A stretch of 63,635 bases of DNA, counting the filler, from Reclinomonas americana ATCC 50394 (taxonomy: Eukaryota): NCBI GenBank assembly GCA_048213135.1. It is 15 parts of 14 records of this genome, joined end to end, with 100 filler letters (N's around TTAATTAATTAA, not from the genome) between each part and the next. Parts side by side here need not be neighbours in the genome. Positions count along the whole stretch, not along the records: positions 62,256 to 63,635 come from AFZH01016585.1; 14 more parts are not named here. One strand, 5' to 3'. The notes below the pieces were generated by a model. The model was not told the DNA's origin, searched no databases, and saw only the letters and a list, made by a program, of their open reading frames with translations. A program made the position numbers and the translations under genes. This document shows positions 63,363 to 63,635 of the stretch, in pieces. Each line of letters opens with the position of its first letter. Within the stretch, counting starts at the first letter, position 1.

Positions 63363-63489
63363 GTTGCGTGGTGAGGGGAAGGGGAGAGAGGGAGGAAAAA
63401 GAAAGGGAGAGAGAAAGAAAGAAAGAAAGCCAGCACGACGCTGCGTGTACTCGACCTGCAACGTGAGTGGTGGTGGCTGCATGGTGATG

Positions 63490-63557
<68 letters not shown>

Positions 63558-63568
63558 GACGACGACGA

Positions 63569-63635
<67 letters not shown>

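Noticed and set aside
3901..63369. GTTGCG introns as an introner/transposon family or U12 introns
   Set aside because: The intron bodies share no similarity beyond about 7 nt, and the U12 donor (RTATCCTT) is absent.

Overview
This is draft-assembly DNA from an intron-rich, GC-rich eukaryote (a protist; species not identifiable from this window). It uses the standard code and has many N gaps, some carrying an artificial TTAATTAATTAA linker. Most long six-frame ORFs are artefacts of GA/CT microsatellite introns. Splicing exons by hand gives about 10 densely packed genes, in order: phospholipase B-like (3' end), cytochrome b561, ERMP1-like M28 peptidase, pyruvate dehydrogenase kinase, a GxGYxYP protein, a giant receptor-like gene, Sec3/EXOC1, an unknown 4-TM protein, a polycystin-1-like gene and a glutaredoxin-UBX fusion. 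Two results stand out. (1) A ~17 kb minus-strand gene (39209->22268) appears to encode a type II membrane protein. It has two cytoplasmic PH domains, one TM helix, a coiled-coil stalk, 10 EGF-like repeats interleaved with 8 copies of an FGY/GQP beta domain, a fibre-like segment, and a C-terminal phage tail-fibre-type Peptidase_S74 self-cleaving chaperone with its Ser-Lys dyad intact. (2) A very common class of 5' splice sites, GTTGCG(T) and relatives, looks like the ordinary donor with one extra T inserted at +3. All family assignments come from motif recognition by eye; no database searches were run.
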